From Octopus sinensis (Eukaryota), in assembly GCF_006345805.1 (NCBI RefSeq), contig NW_021832957.1, positions 1-29,256 on the forward strand: a stretch of 29,256 nucleotides of DNA, given 5' to 3'. Made by a program: the position numbers and the translations under genes. Below the pieces are notes generated by a model. It was not told the DNA's origin, did no database searches, and was given only the letters and a program-made list of their open reading frames with translations. Positions 1 to 11,562 of the stretch are shown piece after piece (position 1 is the stretch's first letter; each line of letters opens with the position of its first letter).

Positions 1-165
1 CAGTAAATTCAGGGAAGGGAGTAAGTCGATTACATCTACCCCAGTTTGTAACTGGTATTTATTTTATCGACTCCGAAAAGATAAAAGGTAAATTCGACTT
101 CGGTGAAATTTGAACTCAGAATGTAAAGACGGACGAAATGCTGCTATGCATTCTTTCCGGTGTAC
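1..165 (-). mobile_element. tRNA-derived SINE (family 'A' in this report), partial
   Basis: Reverse complement reads ...CATTTCGTCCGTCTTTACATTCTGAGTTCAAATTTCACCGAAGTCGAATTTACCTTTTATCTTTTCGGAGTCGATAAAATAAATACCAG..., matching the copies at 9259, 10477, 19695-20330 and 28980. It has a B-box-like GAGTTCAAAT. Confidence 0.85.
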
Positions 166-169
166 ACTG

Positions 170-1700
170 AAGTGGTCCCGTCACTGAAATTGGGATCAAA
201 ACCAATAGCAGTCGTCGATTCTGTCGCACAGTTTAAACTAAACTGGTTAGGATCCCATCGAAGGTAGATCTTGTACTCAGCCACACTTCAATACATTCCA
301 TAAGTTTGACATGTAACAACTCTGACCATCCAGTCCTGGTGATTTACCCATCTCACAACTGATCAATACGTCCGCTACTGTATCTGCTGAAATCGGGTAT
401 CAGGTCTTCGACCGGAAGTCGCCTGAGATGGTCGATTGTTATCGAAGTCAATTGCCATCAGCCAGTCGCTCCTCGTTGATAGTTTGGCAGAGAACTACAG
501 AGAATCCGCAGACATATGCTCGGAAACAGAGAGCACGAGCCCGATGCCGTCCACTAGTAACCGAAGTGTGGCTTTGTTGTCACTCTGGACTTCTGTCACG
601 TGCGTTTATGGGTGGGTGGGTTTGGACATGCGTTTACTTGATTTTTTGGATCACGCACTTTAGCATGAAGGACAAAATTTTCTTCATACTTGGAAGAGGT
701 CAAGGGTCATTGGTCAAGAACCATTAGTCAAGAATCAGTGTGCAAGAACAATTCTCACCTCAAGCACACCGTAAGCGTTGTCTTTCATGTTTGTCTCTTC
801 TTAATCGATTAACTAACTCGTTCTATAATTTGCTGTTCCCTATTGCTACATCTTTCATAAAACTGACAGATATTGCTCTAATTATCATCTACCTGTTATT
901 AATAATTGCATTTGTCAATTTCCATTTAACTAATTCGATAATCTAATCCTTGAAAATTTTTCGGGACCAGAAAAGCTGCATCCATTTTCCAATAATAGGA
1001 GTACTTCCCTGTTAGTGTTTATTGTGCGAATCAAATTTGTAATTAATAATCTGAAACGAGAGACTTTATACTGTTTCTCTCATTTAACCGAATAAAAGCT
1101 CTCTCCAAGCACAATCTAAATGGCCCAGTGTGGTTTCTCCGATTTACATTGATGTGTTCGGGAAGTGGAGGCAGTTCATATAAGACAATACGAAAGACCC
1201 GAGTACAAGTCTTTTAGCCTTTTGAAGCACGCTCTCTTTTATTAGATATTGGCATACAATCCCTGAGTGCGTCTCAGATGTCTAATGAGTGGGATTTTGT
1301 TCGGAAGATCTTTTGACGTCTGAGGAAATGTGGCCTTCCAATTCATAGCAGGGCGTAAATGGCCACCAGGCTGAAAGTTCCACCATCTCCACTGTAGTTC
1401 ACGTTTAGAACGAGAAACCTTGCCGTCGGACCACAACGCTACATGACATCGTGGGAGGGTCAAAAGACGCATAGACTTCGCAATCGACCAAAAGAACAAA
1501 TGAGTGCGTCGCAAAAATTACGATGTCGTCGTTGTCTATCACACCTAGATTTAGTGATCCGGGTTCGTCCAGCGAGTGTCATTGCCCCCATGGTGACACC
1601 ACAGATAACGGACAATCTGACATCTTATCCTTAACTGCGACATGTTGGCTTACAAAAGGTAAAGAAATTCTGCCTACTTTGATCTAACTGTTGACAATTC
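170..1700 (-). mobile_element. Degraded L1/Tx1-clade LINE ORF2 fragment (APE endonuclease through start of reverse transcriptase)
   Basis: Manual minus-strand translation gives PTARFLVLNVNYSGDGGTFSLVAIYA (~1350-1430), resembling the APE 'GRLVVLDV...F.LV.VYAP' segment. It also gives PISADTVADVLISCEMGKSPGLDG (~330-405), the pre-RT 'KSPG.DG' motif. Order and spacing fit ORF2; there are many stops and frameshifts. Confidence 0.6.
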
Positions 1701-1748
1701 CAGGTCTTAAGACTGTTTAACCTAAGACCATCAGAGACCCCAGCACAC

Positions 1749-1749
1749 A

Positions 1750-1800
<51 letters not shown>
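1749..1800. repeat. (CT)n microsatellite
   Basis: Direct reading. Confidence 0.95.
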
Positions 1801-1983
1801 GTTCGCTTTATCTTGCTCTCTTTCTCTCCCTCTTCCTCTCAGATATCTTCGCCTCGGAGTTCTCGTTACGTCGCAACCTTACAGCAGTTCTCAAAAGACG
1901 CACAATTTCGTTTCCATCCCAAGGAAATCTTGTTTTGTCTTTAGCATGACCTCACTTATTCCCACTGTCTTATGTTGTTGCTG

Positions 1984-2260
1984 TATTGAGTCAAAAGTTT
2001 TCCAATATTTGGTAACTTCTTTGCTTTATTCCTACGCTCGCAATGCTTCATCAACCAAAAGCAAGCGGAAGATTCAGTAAAGTTCTTCACTTCAAAGGAC
2101 AAGAACTGGTATCACCATGGGACTAAAGAACTGGCAAAATGGTGGCTTCAGAAGGTGCAACACGGTGGTCTCTACTTTAAAATGGTTGACTGCTTTTGTT
2201 GTAATTTGACGAATAAAGAAAAATAAGTTACCAAAATATTGTAAAACTTTCGATTACTCT
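1984..2260 (+). mobile_element. Mariner-derived MITE (internally deleted relative of 18746-19613)
   Basis: Imperfect TIRs TATTGAGTCAAAAGTTTTCCAATATTTGGTAACTT...AAGTTACCAAAATATTGTAAAACTTTCGATTA. The interior has a fragment translating FTSKDKNWYHHGTKELAKWWLQKVQHGGLYFK, like the mariner transposase C-terminus (FF.SK...FY..GI..L..RW..V....G.YF). Confidence 0.75.
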
Positions 2261-2450
2261 TTTACTCTTTTACTTGTTTCGGTCATTTGATTGCGGCCAT
2301 GCTGGAGCACCGACTTTTCATCGAGCAAATCGACCCCAGGACTTATTCTTTGTAAGCCTATTACTTATTCTATCGGTCTCTTATGCCGAACCGCTAAGTT
2401 ACGGTTGTCAAGCGATGTTGGGGGGGGGACAAAAACAGACATACAAACAT
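2258..2450 (-). mobile_element. SINE family 'B' 3' tail
   Basis: Reverse complement of the tail at 19075-19228 (GGTTCGGCAAAAGA...GGTGCTCCAGCATGGCCGCA.TCAAATGAC.GAAACAAGTAAAAGAG). Confidence 0.85.
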
Positions 2451-2499
2451 GTACACACACACACACATACATATACATATATATATGTATATATATAAC

Positions 2500-2698
2500 T
2501 TTATATATGAGGATAATATCGATGTTTAAGTGTCGAAATTATCAAGTGGCCAGCATGAAAGAAATACCTTACAAAGGTAAAAAAAATTTTTAACAATTAA
2601 AAATTATTTAAAATTTTTTACCTTTGTAAGGTATTTCTTTCATGCTGGCCACTTGATAATTTCGACACTTAAACATCGATATTATCCTCATATATAAA
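2500..2698. repeat. Perfect inverted repeat: 85-bp arms (2500-2584, 2614-2698), 29-nt AT spacer
   Basis: Base-by-base comparison shows the right arm is the exact reverse complement of the left arm, with no mismatches. Confidence 0.97.
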
Positions 2699-3117
2699 TG
2701 TATATAATTCGTTATTATATTCACATGCGGTGCTTATTTTTAACCATATCGTAATTATGCGGTGATTGGCGGGCGATTAAAACTGGCTGTGTCCATACGT
2801 GCATATGTATGTATGTACGACGCTTCGTATGTGTAAGTATATCGTTACTGTGCATATATATCTGTATTTATGTACCCTTGATATATTCAATTGATGACGG
2901 TAAAGCTTATTTAAAGCAGAACCAGAAATCCTTGGATCTTGAATTATTCAATAATTTTTGCTTGTATGTTTTGTCCCTCCGCTTTACCTCATGGTGCGAT
3001 ATGAACATTTAACGTGGTTTTATAGTCAGAGTTTCGACTGCTATTTCGGCATTTTGGTGTCTTTTAGACACCCTCATTTTTAATTGTTATGTATATATAT
3101 ATATATATACATATATA

Positions 3118-3272
3118 CGACGGACTTCTTTCAGTTTCCGTCTATCAAATCCACTCACAAGGCTTTGGTCGGCCTGAGGCTATAGCAGAAGACACTTGCC
3201 CAAGGTGCCACGCAGTGGTACTGAACCCGTAACCATGTGGTTGGTAAGCAAGCTACTTACCACACATCCACT
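3118..3272 (-). mobile_element. SINE family 'B' 5' half (tRNA head plus CORE-like domain)
   Basis: Minus strand reads GTGGTAAGTAGCTTGCTTACCAACCACATGGTTACGGGTTCAGTACC..GGCACCTTGGGCAAGTGTCTT. It has A/B-box-like motifs and a CORE-like CCTTGGGCAAGT, and matches 18821-18975. Confidence 0.85.
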
Positions 3273-3542
3273 CACAATATATTTGTGATTTGGCATGAAC
3301 ACCATCAATTCCCTTTTGCCCATCCAAGCAACAGCATTTAAACTGCAGAGAGTCAATACTTATTGCTAGTGTTGTAGTTGCAGTTATTGAGTTTAGACTT
3401 TCTATCATCTGCTTTTTTGTTGTAGTTGTTCTTGTTTTTTTTTTCAGCTTTTGTTGTTCCCTTCACTTTTGTGGTTGCTGCTGCTGCTGTTGTTGTTGTT
3501 GTTGTTAAGCAACTAGACGGGTAAGGGTGATTAGGTGATGGT

Positions 3543-3719
3543 CTAGGGCTTAGGGGCGGGAGACCCCAGACCTTGGGAAAAAATAAACTTTGGTCGTCTT
3601 GTTGTAGTCGAGGGCTCTTCGTTGACGCCCGACACCACTGGGAGGTGGCCCTCGAAGTCGCTGGAAATGGAGATCTCCAGGTTCAAATCCTTGGACGGCT
3701 GCTGCTGCTGATTCCGCCG
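3543..3719 (-). other. GC-rich island with a candidate coding or pseudo-exon frame (QQQQPSKDLNLEISISSDFEGHLPVVSGVNEEPSTTTRRPKFIFSQGLGSPAPKP*)
   Basis: 58-codon open frame without ATG, so it is absent from the ORF track. The central 29 codons are strongly G/C-ending, against an AT-rich background. No clear splice acceptor; an in-frame TAG lies in the upstream CAG repeat. Confidence 0.3.
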
Positions 3720-3929
3720 CTACTGTTGCCACCGCTGCTGTTGCTGCTGTTGCTGTTGAGCGAACGGTCTTCGTCCCAAAGCTCGCAACATGGGAGAAGT
3801 CCGAAACTTGGTCTCTCGCTATTCGCAAGACTTGCAGAGGAGAAAGCGGGTCAAACCCCGACACCGAGAGCATCGACAGATGGATGAATGCGCATCCAGG
3901 CTCAGCGGTTGCGTAGGAAGTCGGGGACA

Positions 3930-4125
3930 AGAAACAGGAAGAAAGAGTGAGAGAAAGTTGGGGCGAAAGAGTACAACAGGGGTCGCTACCACCCCCTGCT
4001 GGAGCCTTGTGGAGCTTTCGGTGTTTTCGCTCAATAAACACACACAACGCCCGATCTGGAAATCGAAACCGCGATCCTCCGACCGCGAGTCCGCTGCCCT
4101 AACCATTGGGCCATTGCGCCTCTAC
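3930..4125 (-). mobile_element. SINE family 'C' 5' part (tRNA-derived head)
   Basis: Minus strand reads GGCGCAATGGCCCAATGGTTAGGGCAGCGGACTCGCGGTCGGAGGATCGCGGTTTCGATTTCC, with A-box TGGCCCAATGG and B-box-like GTTTCGATTTCC. Confidence 0.75.
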
Positions 4126-4214
4126 TTTCTGTCACTGCTGCTGTTGTTACTGCAGACGCTGTCGTTGATTTTCGTCTGCTCGTTGTTGACCATTTGGTTA
4201 TTCTCTTATTATTT

Positions 4215-4370
4215 TATTCTTTTATTCTTTTACTCGTTTCAGTCATTTGATTGCAGCCACGCTGGAGCACCACCTTGAACGGTTTTTAGTCGAACAATTC
4301 GACCTCAGGACGACATTTTTTTCAACGCCTAGAACTTATTCAATCGTTCCCTTTTGCCGAACAGCTAAGT
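4215..4370 (-). mobile_element. SINE family 'B' 3' tail, degraded
   Basis: TTTCAGTCATTTGATTGCAGCCACGCTGGAGCACCACC matches 2270-2310. Confidence 0.8.
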
Positions 4371-4719
4371 ATTTATATTTACAATTGTATTTAATTGTCA
4401 TTGGATGGGAAGACCTGTGACATCGTTCTCGTTCTCTATCGGGGCGATTTCGTTTCGCCCAAATTTGAAGTACACCGTGTCTTTCTCTTAATATTCATCT
4501 TGAGGGGAACCTCTCTTAAAGGAAATAACGCGGCCACAAGCTTTAAACAACATACATACCTTATGTGATATTAAGGAATGTTTATAAATATGTACGAGTG
4601 TGTGTTAGTTTTTCTTGGTATTGTACAACAGCAACACTGGGACGACCACCACCAACACGAGAGCGCCCAGCACATCCACTACTGCAATAAGCGCAACCAC
4701 TATTAACAACAAAAGCAAC

Positions 4720-4756
4720 AACAGCTACTACTACTACTACTACTACTACTCTACTA

Positions 4757-4788
<32 letters not shown>

Positions 4789-4795
4789 GCTACTG

Positions 4796-4845
<50 letters not shown>

Positions 4846-4870
4846 GCTTCTGCTGCTGCTGTTACTGCTT
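4720..4870. repeat. Compound (TAC)n/(TGC)n microsatellite
   Basis: Direct reading. Confidence 0.95.
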
Positions 4871-5587
4871 CTGCTGTTGCAGTAATATCAACGAAATATC
4901 TACCAAATAAAATAACAATAATCTAAGCAAAGCAATAATAATATATAAAACAACAACAACAACAACGACGACGTATCGAAAGCATTAACGACAATTACAG
5001 CAATAATAGCAACTGCAATAACAACTACAACAACAACAAGAATATGCGAAAAAAAACAAGAAAAAAAAAGCAACAAGAAAACATAAATATGGCAGCAACA
5101 ACAACAATGATTACAACGAAAACAACAAACACAAACAAAGGCAACGGTGTTTATTACATGGCAAAAAAAGATTAAAAAGAGAACTCTGTGTGTGTGTGTG
5201 TGTGGTGTGTGTGTGTGTGTGTGAGGGGTGGTGGTGGAGAGAAAAAACATCGACACAACGACAAAATTACGAAAACAAAATGGCGTACGTGTAAGGATAT
5301 TTGACGATGTTGTCATGTGATGATGTATTTTTAATAAAACATTCAAGTGTTTCACATTTTAAGTACAGAGACAAGACAATAATACGGAAAGATAACCGTG
5401 TGTAAACGAGAGTTCGCCAAGATCAATTATCACCATTATTTTTGTTTTTGCCGGGCGGTGGCGGCGATGCCGGCGACGATGGTGCTGGAGGTGGTGGAGC
5501 TGTGATGGAGGGGTGATAATGATGAATAGAGGTGACGGAGTTTGTGCAGCAGACGTAAAGTTTCTTGTAGCTCCATGGGTTTGTATG

Positions 5588-5669
<82 letters not shown>

Positions 5670-5829
5670 CTATATATATATATAGGGGTGTATATTTAAA
5701 TGTTTCTTCATTTTGTCTTTTACAGAGAATATATTTTTTCCGATGAATATTTAATAATTCCGTCTTTAATTGGTGCTTTACGTACACATTTCATTTCCAG
5801 GCTTTGCTCATTTGCGCTGCATATGTTCA

Positions 5830-5990
<161 letters not shown>

Positions 5991-7445
5991 GTCTGTCTGT
6001 TTCTCTCTCTCTCTTTCGCTTTCACTCTCTCTCTCTGGATACACACACACACTAGAACACACACACACACACATATATATATATAATAACACATGTACAT
6101 AAATACACGTGCGCGCACATATATGCGCAGTGTCGTTGAATGGTTTAGGAGTTTGTTCTGCAAGTACGCGATATCGGGTTCGGTTCAATATCTTTCATAT
6201 GCAGTTTATTAAAACAATATCCCCTGAGTAATATCGCTTTAACTTAAAATTCAAATTCATATATATATATATATATATATTATTAAAAAATTTAAAATTG
6301 AGGGAGATAAATTAATATTAATATATATATATATATTATATATATATAATATATGAATTCATCTACATTTTGTTTTTGTTTTTGTTTTATTTATATACAT
6401 TTAAATATATATATATATTTTTTTTTTGCCTAATTTGTTTTATGTTATCGGTTATCCATTAACCAACAACCATAACAAAGTCATGGCTTTTTAAAAGAAT
6501 AGATGACAAATTAGATGACGGCACTGACCATAACCCCCTCCCAACTTTCCGGAGGATTTCAGCAACTCGATAAACAAAAAGTAACGGAAAATAATCAAGT
6601 ATCTTGATTAACACCTGGAAATTTACTACTTTTAGTACCGACAGGTACTAATATAAACTCTAACCCACATATTGTGGACCTTTGTCTAAAGCCCTCAATA
6701 GAAAACGTATCACCTGTTTATATGAATATATATATGTTTGTCTATAATTATTATAATTATATAAAAAATACGAATTGCTGCAATAATACTCCCTTCTCGA
6801 CACATGTAATACGTATGTACCTATGGGTATGTTTGTACGTAATATATATATTATATATAATATAGGATAAAAATTTTTCGAAAAAAATCTTATCAATGGC
6901 CAGTATATTAAAAAATACCTTTAAAGGTTAAATTTATAAACAACTCCTAAACAAGAACAAAAGAAAAATTTTCTAATGCCAAATATGCCGAAAATAGACA
7001 CATCGTCCATAACCATATAATTCATCATTATTATTTCTCTTTTGACAACTTTCTCCTTCCTCTGTTTATACTTTATCTAATAAGAATAATATACTACACC
7101 TAATAATAATAATAATTGATTCATTTGTATGCATATACATGTAATATGCATTTACATTTTAATATATGTATATGTGTGTATATGTAAAAGTATGTATATA
7201 TGTATTATTTATATTTATAATTTAACCTTATGAACTTTCTAAACTCTCTGACGAAGCCCAGAGACACATCCAAGTACCTTAATATTATCTACCAAATCCT
7301 TCAGTTCACAGAAGGGATAGTAGTAGTAGTAGTAGTAGTAGGAAAACAATGGTTTACATGTAATTTAAATACTTTTTTATGAAGATCCCAACATAATTGT
7401 GAAGATTCCTTGTAATGACCCCTCATTTTGTGCATCTGTGACAAA

Positions 7446-7447
7446 TA

Positions 7448-7509
<62 letters not shown>

Positions 7510-7805
7510 TACTACTACTATTTTCTATAATCCCATTTTTTATATCTTCCTCCCATAATCTTTATTTTCATTACTGTCGTCGTCGTCGTCATCATCGTCG
7601 TCATCGTCGTCGTCATCGTCGTCATCGTCATCGTCATCATCGTTATTATTATCATCGTTATCATTATTATTGTTATTATTATTATTGTTATTATTATTAT
7701 TGTTGTTATAACTATTGTTGTTATTATTATTGTTGTTATTGTTATTATTATTATTGTTATTATTATTATTGTTGTCATTATTATTGTTATTATTATTATT
7801 ATTAC
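7446..7805. repeat. Compound trinucleotide array (TAC)n, (CGT/CAT)n, (ATT/GTT)n
   Basis: Direct reading; abuts the 3' end of the LINE at 7806. Confidence 0.95.
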
Positions 7806-8860
7806 TTTTTTTTTCTTCTTTCAAATTTGCTTCCTTTCTTGCCGAGTGTCTTCCGACTCCTAGGCAAAGAAACTCATAGTATACATTGGTAGGCATTAAC
7901 CAACTTTTTTTTTATTTAAATTAAAATACATAGCAGCAACCTCTTCACATCGACAATGCTCTTCTCACTACATGTGATGTACCAGTTAAGACAATCTTTT
8001 GCACTTCTTGCAGGATGGTAAGCCAGGGATCATTCTCATATAATTTTCGGTTCCCTTCTTGATCATTCCTAGTGCTTCCTACGATCACTGGTATTGTAAC
8101 CGCCTTGAGATCCACATTTTCTCAATTTCAATGAGTAGGTCTTTATATTTTCTGAGCTTGTCAAACTCTTTCGCTGAGATATTATGATCACGGGGATGCT
8201 CATGTCGATCAATAAGCAAACTTTATTGTTTTGGTCTTTCACAACAATATCTGGTTTATTGGCCTTGATGGTTCGGTCTGTATGTACTGGAAAGTCCCAC
8301 AAAATGGTTACATTTTCTCCTTCAGTTACGGCCTCAGGGTGGTGATTATACCACTTGTCGGCAGTTTTTGATATTGTAATGGCCGACTTATTAGCCAGTG
8401 TAGATATTGGCCAACTCTGTCATGTCTTAATTTATACTCCACTGTGCTAAGACTTTACATCCAGAGATTAGGTGGTCCACTGTTTCAATCATGTCGTTGC
8501 AGAATCGGCATTTTGGGTCTGCTCCATTTTTTTCATCACATTGGCCTGGTAGTTCCGGGTTAATAGGCTTTGATCTTGAGCAGCCAGGATGAAACCTTCC
8601 TCTCTGCTTTTAGCCTGATCTCCGTAGCCACTGATGGGTTTTGCTTCTGGTCAACATCAGCTTGTTTGCTGCGGGTCACATATTTGCCGTGCAGAGGTTT
8701 CTCCTCCCACCTATCAGCCAATTGCTCGTGCGCTTATTTCGTTGCCATCATTTTCACCTTCTTTGCAACAATAGTTGCCGTACTTCCCTCGGGTTGTTCA
8801 GTTTGGGTATCGTGCACGAGATCAATAGCAAATTTTTTGCTTTCGTTTATGATAGAATGT
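7806..8860 (-). mobile_element. 5'-truncated R4/Dong-like non-LTR retrotransposon (CCHC zinc knuckle, restriction-like endonuclease, 3' UTR), frameshifted
   Basis: Translation across frameshifts: WEEKPLHGKY...GFILAAQDQSLLTRNYQ...DPKCRFCNDMIETVDHLISGC...RHDRVGQYLHW...ILWDFPVHTDRTIKANKPDIVVKDQNNKVCLLIDMSIP...KYKDL...EVQKIVLTGTSHVVRRALSM* (stop 7945-7947). This has the CCHC, RHD and PD..D motifs of RLE-type LINEs. Confidence 0.92.
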
Positions 8861-8862
8861 TA

Positions 8863-8954
<92 letters not shown>
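8861..8954. repeat. (ATT)n microsatellite between two R4/Dong-like ends
   Basis: Direct reading. Confidence 0.97.
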
Positions 8955-8957
<3 letters not shown>

Positions 8958-9176
8958 TAGTTTTATTTTTATAGCGTGCTTTCACTTCACTACCGAGCGC
9001 AGCTCTGTGAGCCTTGGGTATGTGCTGTGATTTGTTGTGATGCTCTGATGGTTATTGTATGGAAAGTGTTCTGCGTAGGATGTGTGCAGTGCCTAGTAGT
9101 GCAATTTTCTGTATGTTATATGTGTTTGTAAGTCCTGGTGTTTTTGTTATGTATTTGTCTGAATACTTTTTTATCA

Positions 9177-9177
<1 letters not shown>
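8955..9177 (-). mobile_element. Short 3' end of a second R4/Dong-like LINE family
   Basis: MIKKYSDKYITKTPGLTNTYNIQKIALLGTAHILRRTLSIQ* (stop 9052-9054) is homologous to the C-terminus of the 7806-8860 element but has a different 3' UTR. It is flanked by (AAT)n on both sides. Confidence 0.88.
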
Positions 9178-9249
<72 letters not shown>

Positions 9250-9258
9250 GTTATTATT
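9178..9258. repeat. (ATT)n microsatellite
   Basis: Direct reading. Confidence 0.97.
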
Positions 9259-9480
9259 AAGACGGCGAACTGGTAGAATCGTTCCTACGCCCGACAAAAT
9301 GCTTAGCCGTTTTTCGTCGGGCTTTACGTTCCGAGTTCAAATTTCACCGTGGTCGACGTTGCCTTTCATCCTTTCGGTGAAGAGTCGATAAATTAAGTAC
9401 CAGTGAAATACTAGCGGTCGATATAATCGACTTATCCCACGCTCCACCAACATGCTAGCCTTCTGCCAAAATTTGAAATC
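9259..9480 (+). mobile_element. SINE family 'A', near full length
   Basis: AAGACGGCGAACTGGTAGAATCGTT...GAGTTCAAATTTCACCG..GCCTTTCATCCTTTCGG..GTCGATAAATTAAGTACCAG. Confidence 0.88.
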
Positions 9481-9614
9481 ACCAACATCACCATCATTAT
9501 CATCGGTCATATCATCATCGGGACATTCTACTAATATCATAACAATTATTATCATCGTTCTTGTTACAACCATCATTTAATTCTCGTTGTTGCTATCATC
9601 AACATCAGCATCAT

Positions 9615-9797
<183 letters not shown>

Positions 9798-10029
9798 TTA
9801 TCATATATTATCACCATCCCAATAAGAAACACTGATTTCCCAAGCGGTTTTACTCAGCAGAGGCCTACATCTAAGATAGTCACAGCTTTATAACTACAAT
9901 TAGTAATATCAACTGCTTTCTGCATTTACTTTAGACATAGCCGCAGCGACAGTTGAGATGAACGATATGCATGCATACATACACGTGTATACATTCAGAT
10001 ATATGTATATATATATATATGATATATAT

Positions 10030-10073
<44 letters not shown>

Positions 10074-10309
10074 TATATATATATATATATTATATATATA
10101 TATATTATATATATATATAGATAGATAGATAGTAGATAGATAGATAGATAGATAGATAGATACACACACCACACACACACATATATATATATATAGTATG
10201 TACTATTGATTCTGTTATGTACAGTAGAGTGCATTTGGGTATACTGTGCTTTGACGAAGTGTATTTTACCAGGTGGTGTCTATGGAGGTGGCTATAATAT
10301 TCTGTTCTT

Positions 10310-10445
10310 CGCTAGGCACAAGGTCCTAAATTTTGGGGGAGAAAGCCAGTCGATTAGAACGACTCCAGTACGCAACTGCTACTTAATTTATCGACCCCGA
10401 AAAGATGAAAGGCAAAGTAGACCTCGGTGGAATTTGAACTCGCCG
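10310..10445 (-). mobile_element. SINE family 'A', 5'-truncated
   Basis: TTAATTTATCGACCCCGAAAAGATGAAAGGCAAAGTAGACCTCGGTGGAATTTGAACTC is the reverse complement of the family core. Confidence 0.88.
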
Positions 10446-10476
10446 CCATAAGGTGGTTATTATATTTAGTATTTTA

Positions 10477-10680
10477 AAGGCAGTGAGCTGGCAGAAACGT
10501 TAGTACGCTGGGCGAAATGCTTAGTGGCATGTCATCTGTCTTTACGTTCTGGGCTCAAATTCCGCCGAGGTCGACTTTGCCTTTCATCTTCCCAGGGTCA
10601 AGCACCAGTTGTATACTGCGGTCGATTAAATCGACTGGTGCCCTCCCCCAAGATTTCGGGCCTTGTGCCTAAAGTAGAAA
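10477..10680 (+). mobile_element. SINE family 'A'
   Basis: AAGGCAGTGAGCTGGCAGAAACGTTAGTACGCTGGGCGAAATGCTTAG...CTCAAATTCCGCCGAGGTCGACTTTGCCTTTCATC. Confidence 0.88.
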
Positions 10681-11562
10681 CGAATATTTTGTTGTGTGAT
10701 TCGTGTAAATTACTGTTGTGGTTTACTGGAATTGAACGTGATGTGTCGGTATGTGCTGCTCTGTGATGCAGCGTAGTCTACTCGCCTAAATAGTTACTCG
10801 TGTGGTATTGTGCTATTGTGTACATTTCTGAATTTTGTACGTGTAAGAATCAGAAAGTATAGCTGATACGAACGTCCTACCATACACCTGTGCACTTACT
10901 AAGCCATTCCATTGGCGACAGCCACCTGTTCTACACGTGTCACCTCTACCGAAAAGGTAATCGCTTTCCATGCTTGCTGATCAATTGTTTTTGTCCCATT
11001 TTGTCTCCTATTTTTATTCGTTACTGTTTCCAATTTTATCTTCGTCTCTTGTTTTCCTATTCGTCTCTGTTGTCACATTCTTTCCTTCTACCAAGGAAAT
11101 CTAATGCCCATAGCTTAGCTCTTCCTTGGGGCTGGCCGTTTTGGAGCAAATCTCAGAATTAAACAGCCGAAATTTGTGTTCGTAAATTCGTGTATTTCAC
11201 GTTCTTTATATATAAAGTTTTATTCTATATAAATGTATATGTGTATAAAGGCATAATAATGATTATCAATTTTAGATTTCATTTCGGAGGGTAATACATT
11301 CATTAAACGATCGTAAGAACTTTTTAAAATAATCATACTTTATATATTCATATATTTATCTATTAATAATACAAAATTATTTTGGACGGATATCTTCTAT
11401 GATAATTTTTTGATGTAGATTTTCCTGCTCTAACTTTATAATATATAATCGCCCTTATTAAATGTCTAAATACCTTCAAGGTTTTAGACATTTTCCTACC
11501 AAGATCACTTATTCAAAATTCAGTATACTGTATTCTCAATGAATATATATTTTATTAACCAT

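Noticed and set aside
1305-1345. Plus-strand peptide LTSEEMWPSNS resembling the Tc1/mariner 'WPxNSPDLNP' motif
   Set aside because: It is followed immediately by a stop with no PDLNP, and the minus strand here fits an L1/Tx1 endonuclease better.
3448-3520. Plus-strand segment with strong acceptor (TTTTTTTCAG) and donor (GG|GTAAGG), one open hydrophobic frame
   Set aside because: The content is mostly (GCT)/(GTT) low-complexity repeat and cannot be linked convincingly to the exon chain 17 kb away. RNA-seq would be needed.
3573-3887. Plus-strand ORF containing RHHWEVALEV, superficially like the SPRY/B30.2 'RHYWEVEV' motif
   Set aside because: No other SPRY motifs are present, and the composition is what the antisense of the G/C-ending minus-strand frame would give.
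6636-6644. Possible 9-nt microexon TACCGACAG (TTTTAG| ... |GTACTA)
   Set aside because: The donor is weak and such short matches arise by chance in AT-rich DNA.
6200-7330. AT-rich tract suspected to be a Penelope-like element remnant, including CTGACGAAGCCCAGAGAC at ~7247
   Set aside because: I could not recover GIY-YIG or RT motifs with confidence, and the hammerhead-like string lacks stem II and GAAA.
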